This document shows, one piece after another, positions 9,636 to 19,803 of a stretch of DNA of 64,000 nt. Numbering within the stretch: position 1 is the first letter of the stretch; every line of letters starts with the position of its first letter. The DNA comes from Fibrobacteria bacterium (GTDB lineage Bacteria > Fibrobacterota > Fibrobacteria > UBA11236). The stretch is from positions 30,828 to 94,827 of the forward strand of contig JAYTHY010000052.1 in assembly GCA_043732185.1 (NCBI GenBank). The letters are read 5' to 3'. A model generated the notes under the pieces. The model was not told the DNA's origin and searched no databases. It saw nothing but the letters and a program-made list of their open reading frames with translations. The translations under genes and the position numbers were made by a program.

Positions 9636-11546
9636 ATGCGAAGTGACGATTTTCAATCACAACCTTTAGAAACCGAAGATGCAACGGTGGTAGCGGAAAT
9701 ATGTAGAATCCTGGAAACTTTCGAAAAAAAAATGATTCCCGACAAGGATATTGTCGCGATTTTTGAGAAAAATCCACCCCCCTACCAACATGAATTGTTA
9801 TGGTACCGTACACTTGCAGCCCATTTCAAATCCCGAAACAAACACGATACTGCCGCCTGGTTCCTAGCCAAACTACCGAATTCCACATTTGATTTAACGC
9901 GAATGGAAGAGGTCTTGACTTCGGATGGAAGTCGCACTGCATTGGAGACCGTGTATGTGGAAGCGAAGGAAATGCTCTCCGTCCAACACATGCCTCAATT
10001 CTTGAATACAAAGGGTCGACTAAAGCTTCGGCGTCAATTACGTGCATCTTTGACCAAACTCTTTACTGGAAAATTTCCAGACACTGATATCGATCTAATT
10101 TTTGTTGATGCCAATCACTCTGCTTTTCACAAGCACGCGTTAGCCGAAACACCTTGGGGAAGCCTTGATTATATTCTCAATAGCAACGAGGTAACACGAA
10201 TTGAGGTTCTCGACAGCGAGCATCTTGTGATCTTGTGGTGCGTTAAAAATACCATTTTCTATTTGACTAAAGACGAAGCCTTCCAATGTTCACGAAGTGC
10301 TGCGATTGAAGCCGCTGCCTCCGTTTGTCATCATATCGGATTTCCTTCAACGAATCCTACTTTACAGGACAACTTTCATGAGACTAATCCTACACCGCAG
10401 GCATTGACTAGATCTTACTTGGGAGATCCAGTTATAGATGCAGAAACTATATTAGAATCCCGGGCCATTTCTCATTTTCCATTATTCGGCCAGATCATGA
10501 AGCATATATTTCAAGTAAAGGAATTCGACTCCGACCAAGTGAAGGGAATGTTGCAAACAGTTGCTGAAGGAGGCAAAGACCTAGCCATATCAGGACTGAA
10601 TTCACCCCAGGCCTACCAAAACATGATTGGTTTGTATTGCTTTACCAATGGGTATGCGAATGATTTTTTATCTTGGCTAATAGGCTTGTATTCTCAACCC
10701 TACACTTTACCATCCATGCGTGGAGCGCTTGGATTCTTGGAAAAATCAGCCGTTGAGGAATGCATAGATGTTTTAAGAGACCGAGGATACTACGTGTTTC
10801 CTGAGTGTCTTTCACAGGAAAAATGCGACGCGTTAGTGGAGTTCGCACTGCACTCAGAAGCCCAGCTAATCTCGGAAGTACAAGCCTCCACGCAAAAAGG
10901 GATCTATGACAGGGATAATCCAAAAGCCCATAAATATATCTTCCCTGAAGATGCGTTACTCCAACTGCCTGAAGTCCAAAAACTTATTTGCGACCCATCC
11001 ATTATTACTATTTCCCAAGCGTATTTAGGCGCTAAACCAAATCTCTGCTCCGTTTCCATGTGGTGGAATACGGCTTTTTCTAAAATTCCTAGCTCCGCTG
11101 CTGCGCAACTATATCATTTTGATATGGATCGAATAAAGTGGATAAAATGGTTCATTTATCTAACAGATGTCACCACGGATACAGGTCCACATTCTCTTAT
11201 TGCAAAATCTCACCGTCGCGGTGGGAAGCCTTCCGAACTTCTGAAACATGGGTATACAAGATTGGCGGACAAAGATGTGCAACAGCACTACCCAACCGAA
11301 GACTGTATTGAAGTATTAGGGAAAAGAGGTACGATTATTGCCGCGGATACGCGCACCTTTCATAAAGGGAAACTCCCAGCCAAGCATGACAGATTGATTT
11401 TTGAATTTGAATTTGCCAATAGTCTATTCGGCGCGGAGTTTGACCTCGACTGTAGTTTTCCACCGACTGTAGAATCGAGCTTTAACACAGCGGCAATTCA
11501 ATTTCCGCATATCTATAGGCGATATAATTTACTCCGCAATCCATAA
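9636..11546 (+). CDS. Protein with unknown N-terminal region and C-terminal PhyH-like Fe(II)/2-oxoglutarate dioxygenase domain
   Basis: RGYYVFPECLS, HxD motif QLYHFDMD, WFIYLTDV..DTGPH, distal His TFHKG, 2OG-binding Arg DRLIF; opposite strand to the cluster. Confidence 0.75.
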   Translation: MRSDDFQSQPLETEDATVVAEICRILETFEKKMIPDKDIVAIFEKNPPPYQHELLWYRTLAAHFKSRNKHDTAAWFLAKLPNSTFDLTRMEEVLTSDGSRTALETVYVEAKEMLSVQHMPQFLNTKGRLKLRRQLRASLTKLFTGKFPDTDIDLIFVDANHSAFHKHALAETPWGSLDYILNSNEVTRIEVLDSEHLVILWCVKNTIFYLTKDEAFQCSRSAAIEAAASVCHHIGFPSTNPTLQDNFHETNPTPQALTRSYLGDPVIDAETILESRAISHFPLFGQIMKHIFQVKEFDSDQVKGMLQTVAEGGKDLAISGLNSPQAYQNMIGLYCFTNGYANDFLSWLIGLYSQPYTLPSMRGALGFLEKSAVEECIDVLRDRGYYVFPECLSQEKCDALVEFALHSEAQLISEVQASTQKGIYDRDNPKAHKYIFPEDALLQLPEVQKLICDPSIITISQAYLGAKPNLCSVSMWWNTAFSKIPSSAAAQLYHFDMDRIKWIKWFIYLTDVTTDTGPHSLIAKSHRRGGKPSELLKHGYTRLADKDVQQHYPTEDCIEVLGKRGTIIAADTRTFHKGKLPAKHDRLIFEFEFANSLFGAEFDLDCSFPPTVESSFNTAAIQFPHIYRRYNLLRNP

Positions 11547-11560
11547 TATTTTTCGAATAT

Positions 11561-14500
11561 TTAAACAGAGTTATTCCGGGCTTCAATACGGATTTGATAA
11601 GCACCCTCTTTAACTGCATATTCTTGGCAAGCCTTATGAAACCCTTGCTCACCAAGCGATTCCCACAGTATTTCCGGTTCTGGAGGCCATTTATGCTGAA
11701 ATGCTTCTACTGAGACAACTTCATACCCGGCCTGTTGGAATAGGTTTCCAAGGGTCATAGGATTCCAGGTGTATAGATTTTGAACTGCGCTTTGTTTTTT
11801 AAAAGATTCTCCCGGTCCCTGATGCGGCACAACAAACACAATTGTCCCATTCGGTTTCAACTTAGACCGCAAGGCCATCAGATCATTTAGAGGAGATTTT
11901 GACTGAGATAAATACTGATCGGAAATAATTAGATCCGCCCAAGCGTTCGGGAGGTCCTCAATTTTTTCCACGCTTTCAATGCCACGAACATTAGAAGCCT
12001 CTTTCCGGGCAAATTTATTATTCTCTATTCCTACCTTTTCCATGCAGTAAATGTTCCTAAGTAAAAATCCTCCCCCACTTCCCAGTTGAACAACACAAAA
12101 ATTTGCCTTTAGGTATGGTGAAAATTTGAATACATCCGCAGCACCCGAAAAAGAATTGGCGCTTTTACGGTAGGAAATGTACTCCTTATCTTTGTAGCCC
12201 AAAACGTTTACATCCACTTTACCAGGAGAGTCAATTCCGGGTATTTTAGTGAGATTTGTGGAATTGTATTTCTGTTCCAATTCCTTGGCAATGAATTCAC
12301 AGAATCGCTCCACCCTGATTCGCGGCACAGCAAAGGATACTTTTGTGGCCTCTCGAAATTCAGATAGGGCCTCCTCCAATTGTCCCTCTGAAAGCAGACA
12401 TAATGCATTCCAATAATGCAAATGGCCATCCAATTTGGCATCCTTGGAAAGCATGTTCCGTAACACTTTCCGAAGAACATGCGGCATTCGCATAATTACA
12501 GTTTCTGCTTGGGGAAATTTTTCATGGGTGGAATCTTTCCCGGAGTAGCATTCCAAACTCGTTTCCATCGCTACATATAATTCCTCGATCTGCGGAAATT
12601 GTTCACGCAGGGCTTTTATCCACTGTCGACTATACGAAAACTTATATCCCCGAAAATCATTGTTCCTTGCGAGGTGAATTTGAATCTTTCTACCTGCTGA
12701 CAAAGTACTTACTACTTCATGTTCGGATAATAAAGGAGCAGCAGCTTCAATCCATACACGCCAGGAACCGGGCCAACCAGGTTCGACATCATGAAAGGCA
12801 ATCCAACCGTTTTGCTTTACCTTTGGATAAACTAATTGGAAATCAAGTAAAACATCAATGTACTCATGTGAAGCATCTATGAAAACAAAGTCAAGTTTGA
12901 GGTCCGGATTCCAATTTTCAAGAAGATCATGGGTATAGCCACGCATCGGAGTGGCATAAGACTCCAGCCCCAACCGAGTTAAATTGCCTTTCCAAATATG
13001 AAGAAAATCGGCGCCTTGAGCACCAGTTTCTGGATCCTCGGAATCGCAAAAGGCATCAATGGATATTATGCGTTTATTCGTTCCCACACAGGCGAAAGCC
13101 ATTGCACAGGTGGATTTGCCATGATTGGCACCTAACTCCAAAATAATTGCACCATCCGACAGCGATTTAACTTTGTTGAATAAGAATTTTGGTTGGCCAT
13201 CGAGCATCCAACCTTCGACGGTCTCCACCATCGCATGTACGTCTTCGTAGTTGGTATACACCCTGGGATTTGTTAAAACGGAAACTTTTCCGACCCCAAC
13301 AAGATTGGATACCGGAAGTATTGGAGCGGGTTCATTCAATCCTGTTTTAACATTTTGCAAAGCAGGGGCATCGTTGTTATCGGACAGCATCGAAAAATAT
13401 TCAGCCTGTAGCTCCTTATCAGATGGAAATTTTTTTATGGCTTGCTCATAATGCATTTTTGCTTTTTCAGTGTCGCCTGAAAGTCGGAATAATACTGCGA
13501 GATCCCTGTCATCTGTAGCATCGGCATCCGGTGGCAAATAAAATATTTGCATAGGCAGTGAGATGGAATGCATCCTGCTTAGGGGCTTTTTACCAAAAAA
13601 CTGAACAAAACAGGTTTCCGCTAATTTGTCCAAGGATTCCGGTGGGTACTCTTTTAGTTTTTTAAAGAAACTCAGCAAACTCTCAGTTTTCATGACGATT
13701 AAAGAAAGTAAAGTAATGGGTCTTTTCACTTTTTCAAAACCCAATTTTGCCGCAACATATTCTGCTGCCGGAGCCGTCTCCGTAAATATTTCACCCTGGA
13801 TAAGTCCTTCTGCATCGCATATCCAGGCACCGTACTGAACCCCTTCCAATTCCTTTTCGGTACCATGGAAAAGAATATTCAGCGCAGTGGACAAAACGGA
13901 TTCGTCCACCTGCAGATCGTTTGTGCCAAAGGCAACAAATTTCTCGGGTAAACTCTGTAATTGGGTTACCATGCTTTCCACGAAGGCGTTAACGGAAATA
14001 TCCAAAGCTAAATCCAAATCAACCCGCCTAATCGTTTGGCAACGCGAACGTTTAAGCGAATTGAGAAGGATCGAATCAGAATCACCAGTGCTTGTCTGAG
14101 ATATTATTCTTAGAAAGGCAATGGGAGGATCAGGAGCAAATTTTGATGATGTTTCACGTAATGTCTTGCGACGGGTATTGCAAGCCTCCAACTCCCGTTT
14201 GAGGAAAATTTCTTCGTCACGCGCTTCAGCTTGCTGACGGCCAGATGTAGGCAATAAATGAAGTTCGGAGTCATATAAAATTGAATCACATATCCTATCA
14301 AGAGCAGGATCCAAGCCTGGAGCTAATTCAGAAATTGATTTAATGCGGAGATCGGGGGAGTAGACTTCCTTGAAGCCAAAACTTTTGAACTTAAATACCA
14401 TTCGGTAAAAAAATAGGTGCGCGTAACGATATGCCTTCCTATAGTTCTGCCAATCAATGCTCCCATTCTTCGCCACGTTATTCAGTATCGCCTGTTCGTA

Positions 14501-15745
14501 GTGTTCAGCTGATTTGACCCAATCCATACCGATTGGTCTCCAGAATGAATCACCCATACAAAGAGTTGGAATACCTCTAATTATGGATTCGGGTCCAGTG
14601 GTAGAAAGAAAACTTGTCACAACATCTGCATTCCAAATAATGGCGTAAGAAGTTATTTTTTCATATGGCATAACTACCCGCACATGATTTGGAAATTCCA
14701 AATTCAGACGAAACAATTCCTTTAAAAATCGTTTTACAATTCGACCTCCTTTTACCAAAATTGGATGATGTCGAATTACGAGGTAGATGTTGTTGCGCTC
14801 GCAAATTTTGGCCGTTGCCCTCATCCATTCAAGTTGTGAATCAAATGCCATTTGGAAATGGCTGGCGGAAATTCCAACTTCCCAATCCCCGGAGGTGAAC
14901 ATGGCTAATATTTTACCACCGGCTGGTATACGCAGGGCCTGCCTCACGCGGGATGCGTCCGTTTGAAAATCATAGAATGGGCTGAAGTTTGTATTTTTAC
15001 CCTGTTCCCGATCTTGAAAATAACTTTTTACCTGCTCCATTTCCTCCAATTCCAAGGGTACATCTTTCCAGAGTTCCCAAATCCTCAGGACATCTTGGTT
15101 TCGTATCGATATACAATTCTTGAAAATACTGAAGCTGTCGTCGGTAAATCCTCGTTCATGCACTAAGACCGGAAGACCCACAGATCGGCTTAATTCAAAA
15201 GCGGCGCGGTAATAGACTTGCATTGCGTGAAAACATACCATGGAATCGCCACGCAATTCCGCGATCGCCCTAAGCAATCCTCGCTTAATGAGCGCACAGT
15301 TATACAGAAAGTCCCGTGCTACGGGCGCAATTTCAGGATTTGTATAATCCAGGGTTCCAACTAAAAAATATCCGTGTAGGGTACTTCTAATCCATTCACC
15401 TAATTCTAGGCCCTCAAAATTACCAAGAATCATGTCGTCTGGGGAAATGTCGTCCGCCCATTTTCTGCACTCTTTAAAATCCTTTTCTGTTAGGAAGGAT
15501 CGGAGTTGTACCGTGGGAACGCCAAGAGCCGCGAAGAGCTGTTTTCCCATTTGAGAACAGGTTCGACACGTATTTTGATCGGGAGGCTTCCCAGCAATGG
15601 GGCAACTTTGAAAGAGTCCATCGCACAAAATTGCAACCACATCACAACCCCGACTTTGTAGAGCTGCCCCCCAGACGGCATCTACTTGATGGTGGACAGT
15701 CCATTGCCCATAGGGTGCAAACATCAATACTTTTTTGCTGGCCAC
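11561..15745 (-). CDS. Giant multidomain protein: KpsS/LipB-like transferase + degenerate GT-A-like region + TPR + Methyltransf_24-type + second methyltransferase domain
   Basis: KpsS-like motifs LVHERGF, LVIRHHP, STTGPESIIRGIP; methyltransferase motifs ILELGANHGKST, FVFIDASH, IAFHD; C-terminal QLGSGGG domain. Confidence 0.75.
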   Translation of the reverse strand: MASKKVLMFAPYGQWTVHHQVDAVWGAALQSRGCDVVAILCDGLFQSCPIAGKPPDQNTCRTCSQMGKQLFAALGVPTVQLRSFLTEKDFKECRKWADDISPDDMILGNFEGLELGEWIRSTLHGYFLVGTLDYTNPEIAPVARDFLYNCALIKRGLLRAIAELRGDSMVCFHAMQVYYRAAFELSRSVGLPVLVHERGFTDDSFSIFKNCISIRNQDVLRIWELWKDVPLELEEMEQVKSYFQDREQGKNTNFSPFYDFQTDASRVRQALRIPAGGKILAMFTSGDWEVGISASHFQMAFDSQLEWMRATAKICERNNIYLVIRHHPILVKGGRIVKRFLKELFRLNLEFPNHVRVVMPYEKITSYAIIWNADVVTSFLSTTGPESIIRGIPTLCMGDSFWRPIGMDWVKSAEHYEQAILNNVAKNGSIDWQNYRKAYRYAHLFFYRMVFKFKSFGFKEVYSPDLRIKSISELAPGLDPALDRICDSILYDSELHLLPTSGRQQAEARDEEIFLKRELEACNTRRKTLRETSSKFAPDPPIAFLRIISQTSTGDSDSILLNSLKRSRCQTIRRVDLDLALDISVNAFVESMVTQLQSLPEKFVAFGTNDLQVDESVLSTALNILFHGTEKELEGVQYGAWICDAEGLIQGEIFTETAPAAEYVAAKLGFEKVKRPITLLSLIVMKTESLLSFFKKLKEYPPESLDKLAETCFVQFFGKKPLSRMHSISLPMQIFYLPPDADATDDRDLAVLFRLSGDTEKAKMHYEQAIKKFPSDKELQAEYFSMLSDNNDAPALQNVKTGLNEPAPILPVSNLVGVGKVSVLTNPRVYTNYEDVHAMVETVEGWMLDGQPKFLFNKVKSLSDGAIILELGANHGKSTCAMAFACVGTNKRIISIDAFCDSEDPETGAQGADFLHIWKGNLTRLGLESYATPMRGYTHDLLENWNPDLKLDFVFIDASHEYIDVLLDFQLVYPKVKQNGWIAFHDVEPGWPGSWRVWIEAAAPLLSEHEVVSTLSAGRKIQIHLARNNDFRGYKFSYSRQWIKALREQFPQIEELYVAMETSLECYSGKDSTHEKFPQAETVIMRMPHVLRKVLRNMLSKDAKLDGHLHYWNALCLLSEGQLEEALSEFREATKVSFAVPRIRVERFCEFIAKELEQKYNSTNLTKIPGIDSPGKVDVNVLGYKDKEYISYRKSANSFSGAADVFKFSPYLKANFCVVQLGSGGGFLLRNIYCMEKVGIENNKFARKEASNVRGIESVEKIEDLPNAWADLIISDQYLSQSKSPLNDLMALRSKLKPNGTIVFVVPHQGPGESFKKQSAVQNLYTWNPMTLGNLFQQAGYEVVSVEAFQHKWPPEPEILWESLGEQGFHKACQEYAVKEGAYQIRIEARNNSV

Positions 15746-15797
15746 GTATTCTTTCCTTTTACAAGTCGTCTAGTTGAATTGCATATTCATCAAATTC

Positions 15798-16745
15798 CTA
15801 TGGTCGATAATGGACGGTGTCGGAGAGAACCGCAATATTTTCAGAATGCTTCAGAATGTTCCCTTTCCGCTCTAAATCACGATTGCGAATATTGTTTTGA
15901 AGTTCTTGGAGTGTTTCGTCAACACTAAAGGGAAAATAGTTGCGTTTATGAGATTTATGGGCAATACAGCATATCTCCCAATCACCATCAGGCGCCTGAT
16001 TATGATAGTAGTGGGAAGACATGAAAAACCCATGCTTATTTAAAAATCCAGCCATGGAAACATGATCAAACATGCAATTATGTGGCGAATTGAAATCCTC
16101 GAAACAATTAATGGTATTGGCAAATCTCCATGCTGGAACAACGATCATCATTACCCCATCCGGTTTTATCGTTTGGGATGCATAATTCAGAAAATCATTT
16201 GGGTCATAGACATGCTCAAGAGAATGGTGGGAGAAAATTAAATCATACCGCATATTATCCGGTAATTTTGAAATGTGACTCACGATTTTAAGTTTGTAAT
16301 TCTTATTGCCAAAATCGGCGAGAACCCGATCCAATTCCACTCCATAAACCGTATTACCCGTACGACCAAGAAAATCAAGTGCGCCTCCAATCCCACATCC
16401 AAAATCAAGGCAATTCCAATCCCGTTTGTCCATTATTTTTATCCCGTTCATTTGCAACCATGGATCGAACCGTGCAAATTGATAGGGCGCATAGTTAACA
16501 TAGCCTTGTTGAATTATGGTTGGCTTAACCTTTCGGTATCCAGATTCGCCATAATATTTTTCCTGTTCGGACCTTGGCAATCGCGGATTCTGGAAAATAA
16601 AACAGCATTTTGTGCAAAGACTCCAGCCATACTCTTCATCTGGTCCAAACATGTCTGGTTTGAAAACGTCATTCTTGACGTCGATGTAAAGTCCCATCAG
16701 CGCGTTCCCGCCACACAATTGGCATTCTTTCAATTTCTCCAGCAT
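15798..16745 (-). CDS. Class I SAM methyltransferase with N-terminal CxxC Zn-ribbon (paralogue A)
   Basis: CQLCG...CTKC, CLDFGCGIG, HHSLEHVYDP; start moved to MLEKL after GGAGGG. Confidence 0.87.
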   Translation of the reverse strand: MLEKLKECQLCGGNALMGLYIDVKNDVFKPDMFGPDEEYGWSLCTKCCFIFQNPRLPRSEQEKYYGESGYRKVKPTIIQQGYVNYAPYQFARFDPWLQMNGIKIMDKRDWNCLDFGCGIGGALDFLGRTGNTVYGVELDRVLADFGNKNYKLKIVSHISKLPDNMRYDLIFSHHSLEHVYDPNDFLNYASQTIKPDGVMMIVVPAWRFANTINCFEDFNSPHNCMFDHVSMAGFLNKHGFFMSSHYYHNQAPDGDWEICCIAHKSHKRNYFPFSVDETLQELQNNIRNRDLERKGNILKHSENIAVLSDTVHYRP

Positions 16746-16818
16746 GGTACCCCCTCCCAACATTTTAGTATTACCGATGAGGATGAATCAACGAAATCAA
16801 CCAGGAGCAGCAATCGAA

Positions 16819-17799
16819 TCAAAATTTTACCTTCCAATCCGCATCTCGTTTGGCAATGTTTCCCTTCAATTCTTGGATTACTCCTTGTAAATCAAACGGA
16901 TAATAATTGCGTTTTGGAGATTTGTAAGCGATTGCGCATATTTCCCAATCGTTTCCAGGCACCAAATTTTGATAAAGATGTGCTGGCATGAAAAAACCAT
17001 GTTTATTCAAGATTGCCCCAAGTGAAACATGATCAAAAAGACAATTGTGAGCTGAATTGAAATATTCAAAGCAACCGATATTGTTTGCGTAGCGCCAGGC
17101 CGCAACTAAAATGATTAGGATACCATTTTCATTTAAATTTTTCGCTGCAAATTCAAAAAATTCATTTGGATCATAGATGTGTTCCAAGGAATGATGAGTG
17201 AATATCAAATCGTAAGAGCAATTGGGTGGCAATTTCGAAAGGTTTTCGACAATATTTACCCTGAAATTTTTATTTCCATATTCAATCAGCAGTGGGTCCA
17301 GTTCAACGCCAAAGGCTCGATTCCCCCTATCTACCATGAACTCAAACGCTCCGCCGAGTCCGCATCCAAAATCAAGACAGGTCATACCTTGCTTCCCCGA
17401 CAAATCAATTCCGTTCATCCTTAACCAAGGATCGAAACGCAGTAATTGATATTTGGAATACTGGATATACCCATCTGAAATGCGATTGGGCCTAACTTTA
17501 AGGTAACCTGATTCGCGATAATAGCGTTCAATTCTGGCTTGAGGTATTCTTGGACTTTGAAAAACTACGCAACAATTCTTGCAAACATTCCAGCCTACAT
17601 TCTCGTGTTCCAGTAACAATGCCGGACGAAAGACATCATTGGTTGGCACCATGTCCAAACCAACAAAGGCCTTCGATCCACACAGCTGACAGGAATCAAG
17701 ATCAATTAAATTTTCTAAATTCACGTCTTCTAAACTAGGTCTGGTGGATTCCTTTTTTGCCTGGACCGGCTCGGTCGGATTACGCCTAGGAATTCGCAT
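16819..17799 (-). CDS. Class I SAM methyltransferase with N-terminal CxxC Zn-ribbon (paralogue B)
   Basis: CQLCG...CKNC, CLDFGCGLG, HHSLEHIYDP; aligns end to end with the neighbouring gene. Confidence 0.87.
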   Translation of the reverse strand: MRIPRRNPTEPVQAKKESTRPSLEDVNLENLIDLDSCQLCGSKAFVGLDMVPTNDVFRPALLLEHENVGWNVCKNCCVVFQSPRIPQARIERYYRESGYLKVRPNRISDGYIQYSKYQLLRFDPWLRMNGIDLSGKQGMTCLDFGCGLGGAFEFMVDRGNRAFGVELDPLLIEYGNKNFRVNIVENLSKLPPNCSYDLIFTHHSLEHIYDPNEFFEFAAKNLNENGILIILVAAWRYANNIGCFEYFNSAHNCLFDHVSLGAILNKHGFFMPAHLYQNLVPGNDWEICAIAYKSPKRNYYPFDLQGVIQELKGNIAKRDADWKVKF

Positions 17800-18985
17800 A
17801 TTTCACTTGTTGTTCCTTAGTGAGGTGTACTTTACCATAGGCTGAAGAACCACCCCACACGTCATATTTATGCCATTGTCCATTTTCAACCCACCAAACA
17901 CGGGGATCTCGAAACGTATCTGCAATTTCCCAAAACTCAGACTCAGTCATGTCCACATAATTAAGCCAATGTTCCAAATCAGAGGATACGACTGAATCGT
18001 ATTTTCTAACCATTTCTACGCCCATCTCACGGGTCATATCACCGGCACGAATGTCCTTCGAGGCATGATCGGATGCTCGCCCATACCCAAATTTCAAAAA
18101 TTTTAGTAGGTCATGGATTCCATTTTCATAACGATCATCCAAATTTGAGATCATCCTGTACGTTCGTTCAAAGGGGGTTTTTGATTGGATCCAGTCATAT
18201 TTATTTTGGATTAGTTTAGTATGTTCATAAGGCAACCATTTAAAGAAATTTCCAATATAAAGTCCGCGGACACCTGCCTTAAGAATTTCATCATCACTTG
18301 GATACTTTCCCCAGACAAGATCTTTTTCCACCAGAGTATCTATAGAATCGTTAAGCATGTCATACCATTCAAAACCTCTTAGCGCATGCTCATGCCGCAT
18401 TCTTGCGGTAAACTCAACGAAATCATCTGGGTCGAACATCCCAGCTTGGTCCCACGGGGTTTCACCCCAAATAACGAGTGGAATATTAAACTTGGCAGCT
18501 ATTATTACTGGAAAAGTCATTATTCCACAATGATTGTGCCAATTCATGTCTCCCATTTTACGGAAGCAAAGCCTGTTCAATTTAATCAGAGCTTTTTGAC
18601 TAGGACCCATTACGATATGGTCTGCATCAAAAACCTTCCGCAACCTATCCCTGTTGTAATCGCCCTCTGGCAAATAATTGTTCCCGTGGTAGGTAACCAA
18701 TAACGGCTTTAAGCCGTAGTCGGAAGCCATGACATGCGCCTGATAATAACTGTCTTTTCCCCCACTTACACCAATAACACAATCATAATTTCCGGTATTG
18801 CGGCTGGAATATTCTTTCAAAATACCAGCAAATTTTTTCTCACGCTGCGCCCAGAATTCAGGAGTCAAATCATCAAACTTTTGGTATGCACGACAGCTTG
18901 AACAAATACCCTCTTCATCAATATGCAAATTTACCGACACCTTTGGATAGACACATCGTGAGCAATAAATCATTGGTTTTATCAT
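17786..18985 (-). CDS. N-acetyl sugar amidotransferase (WbuX/PseA/AglX-like)
   Basis: CSRC...CSSC, PP-loop YDCVIGVSGGKDS, KFLKFGYGRA; adjacent to HisF-like and HisH-like genes. Confidence 0.92.
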   Translation of the reverse strand: MIKPMIYCSRCVYPKVSVNLHIDEEGICSSCRAYQKFDDLTPEFWAQREKKFAGILKEYSSRNTGNYDCVIGVSGGKDSYYQAHVMASDYGLKPLLVTYHGNNYLPEGDYNRDRLRKVFDADHIVMGPSQKALIKLNRLCFRKMGDMNWHNHCGIMTFPVIIAAKFNIPLVIWGETPWDQAGMFDPDDFVEFTARMRHEHALRGFEWYDMLNDSIDTLVEKDLVWGKYPSDDEILKAGVRGLYIGNFFKWLPYEHTKLIQNKYDWIQSKTPFERTYRMISNLDDRYENGIHDLLKFLKFGYGRASDHASKDIRAGDMTREMGVEMVRKYDSVVSSDLEHWLNYVDMTESEFWEIADTFRDPRVWWVENGQWHKYDVWGGSSAYGKVHLTKEQQVKYANS

Positions 18986-18996
18986 AATTTCCTCAA

Positions 18997-19803
18997 TTAA
19001 ACCGCGAAAAGGTGCGCATTCCTGACATTACAAGCCCTATCCACTAAAAACTTTTTGGCGATATAGACGCTTTGATCCGTATAATGAAAAATATTTGCAG
19101 CAGCCACGGCGTCAACATTAGTTTTTTCAAACGCTTCAGAAAAATGCTCCCATTGACCCACGCCTCCACAGGCAATAACCGGTATGCCGACATTATTCGC
19201 AACAGTATTTAGCAGCTCCAAATCATAGCCGGTTTTCATTCCATCTCTATCAATGGAATTTAAGAGAATTTCTCCAGCCCCTTGCTCCTCGGCAATTTTC
19301 GCCCATTCCATTGCTGCATACGAAGTGGGATTTTTTCCGCCGTTTGACATTACTCTGTAGCTATCAGTCTGCTTTTTAACATCGATAGAGATGACAAGAC
19401 ATTGTGACCCAAACTCTTTGGCTGCTCTTTCTATGAAACCAGGGTCGGTTAGCGCCATTGTGTTTATACAAACTTTGTCTGCGCCAACAGCCAGTCGCTG
19501 ATCGATATCGGAAAGTGAACGAACTCTCCCACCAACCGTTAAGGGCATGAAGGTTTCCCTGGCAACGTCTTCGATTATTTCCAGAAAGGTATGTCGATTT
19601 GGGTGACCCAAATCATCACGACGCAGGTCGTAGTCTTCTTCCTGACTAATATCCAAATAGATCAACTCATCCGATGCCCACTGACTAAATCGTTTAACCG
19701 CAGAAGTCGGATTCCCGAGATTTTGGTACCTGCTGAACCCTTTACTTTGCACCAACCATCCATTTTTCAAAAGGATGAGCGGAATCATGCGCTTTTTTTT
19801 CAT
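18997..19803 (-). CDS. HisF-like cyclase subunit of sugar amidination (WbuZ/AglZ-like)
   Basis: KRMIPLIL, PLTVGGRVRS, GADKVCINT, GAGEILLNSIDRDG, AVAAANIFH; context in the glycan cluster. Confidence 0.9.
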   Translation of the reverse strand: MKKKRMIPLILLKNGWLVQSKGFSRYQNLGNPTSAVKRFSQWASDELIYLDISQEEDYDLRRDDLGHPNRHTFLEIIEDVARETFMPLTVGGRVRSLSDIDQRLAVGADKVCINTMALTDPGFIERAAKEFGSQCLVISIDVKKQTDSYRVMSNGGKNPTSYAAMEWAKIAEEQGAGEILLNSIDRDGMKTGYDLELLNTVANNVGIPVIACGGVGQWEHFSEAFEKTNVDAVAAANIFHYTDQSVYIAKKFLVDRACNVRNAHLFAV

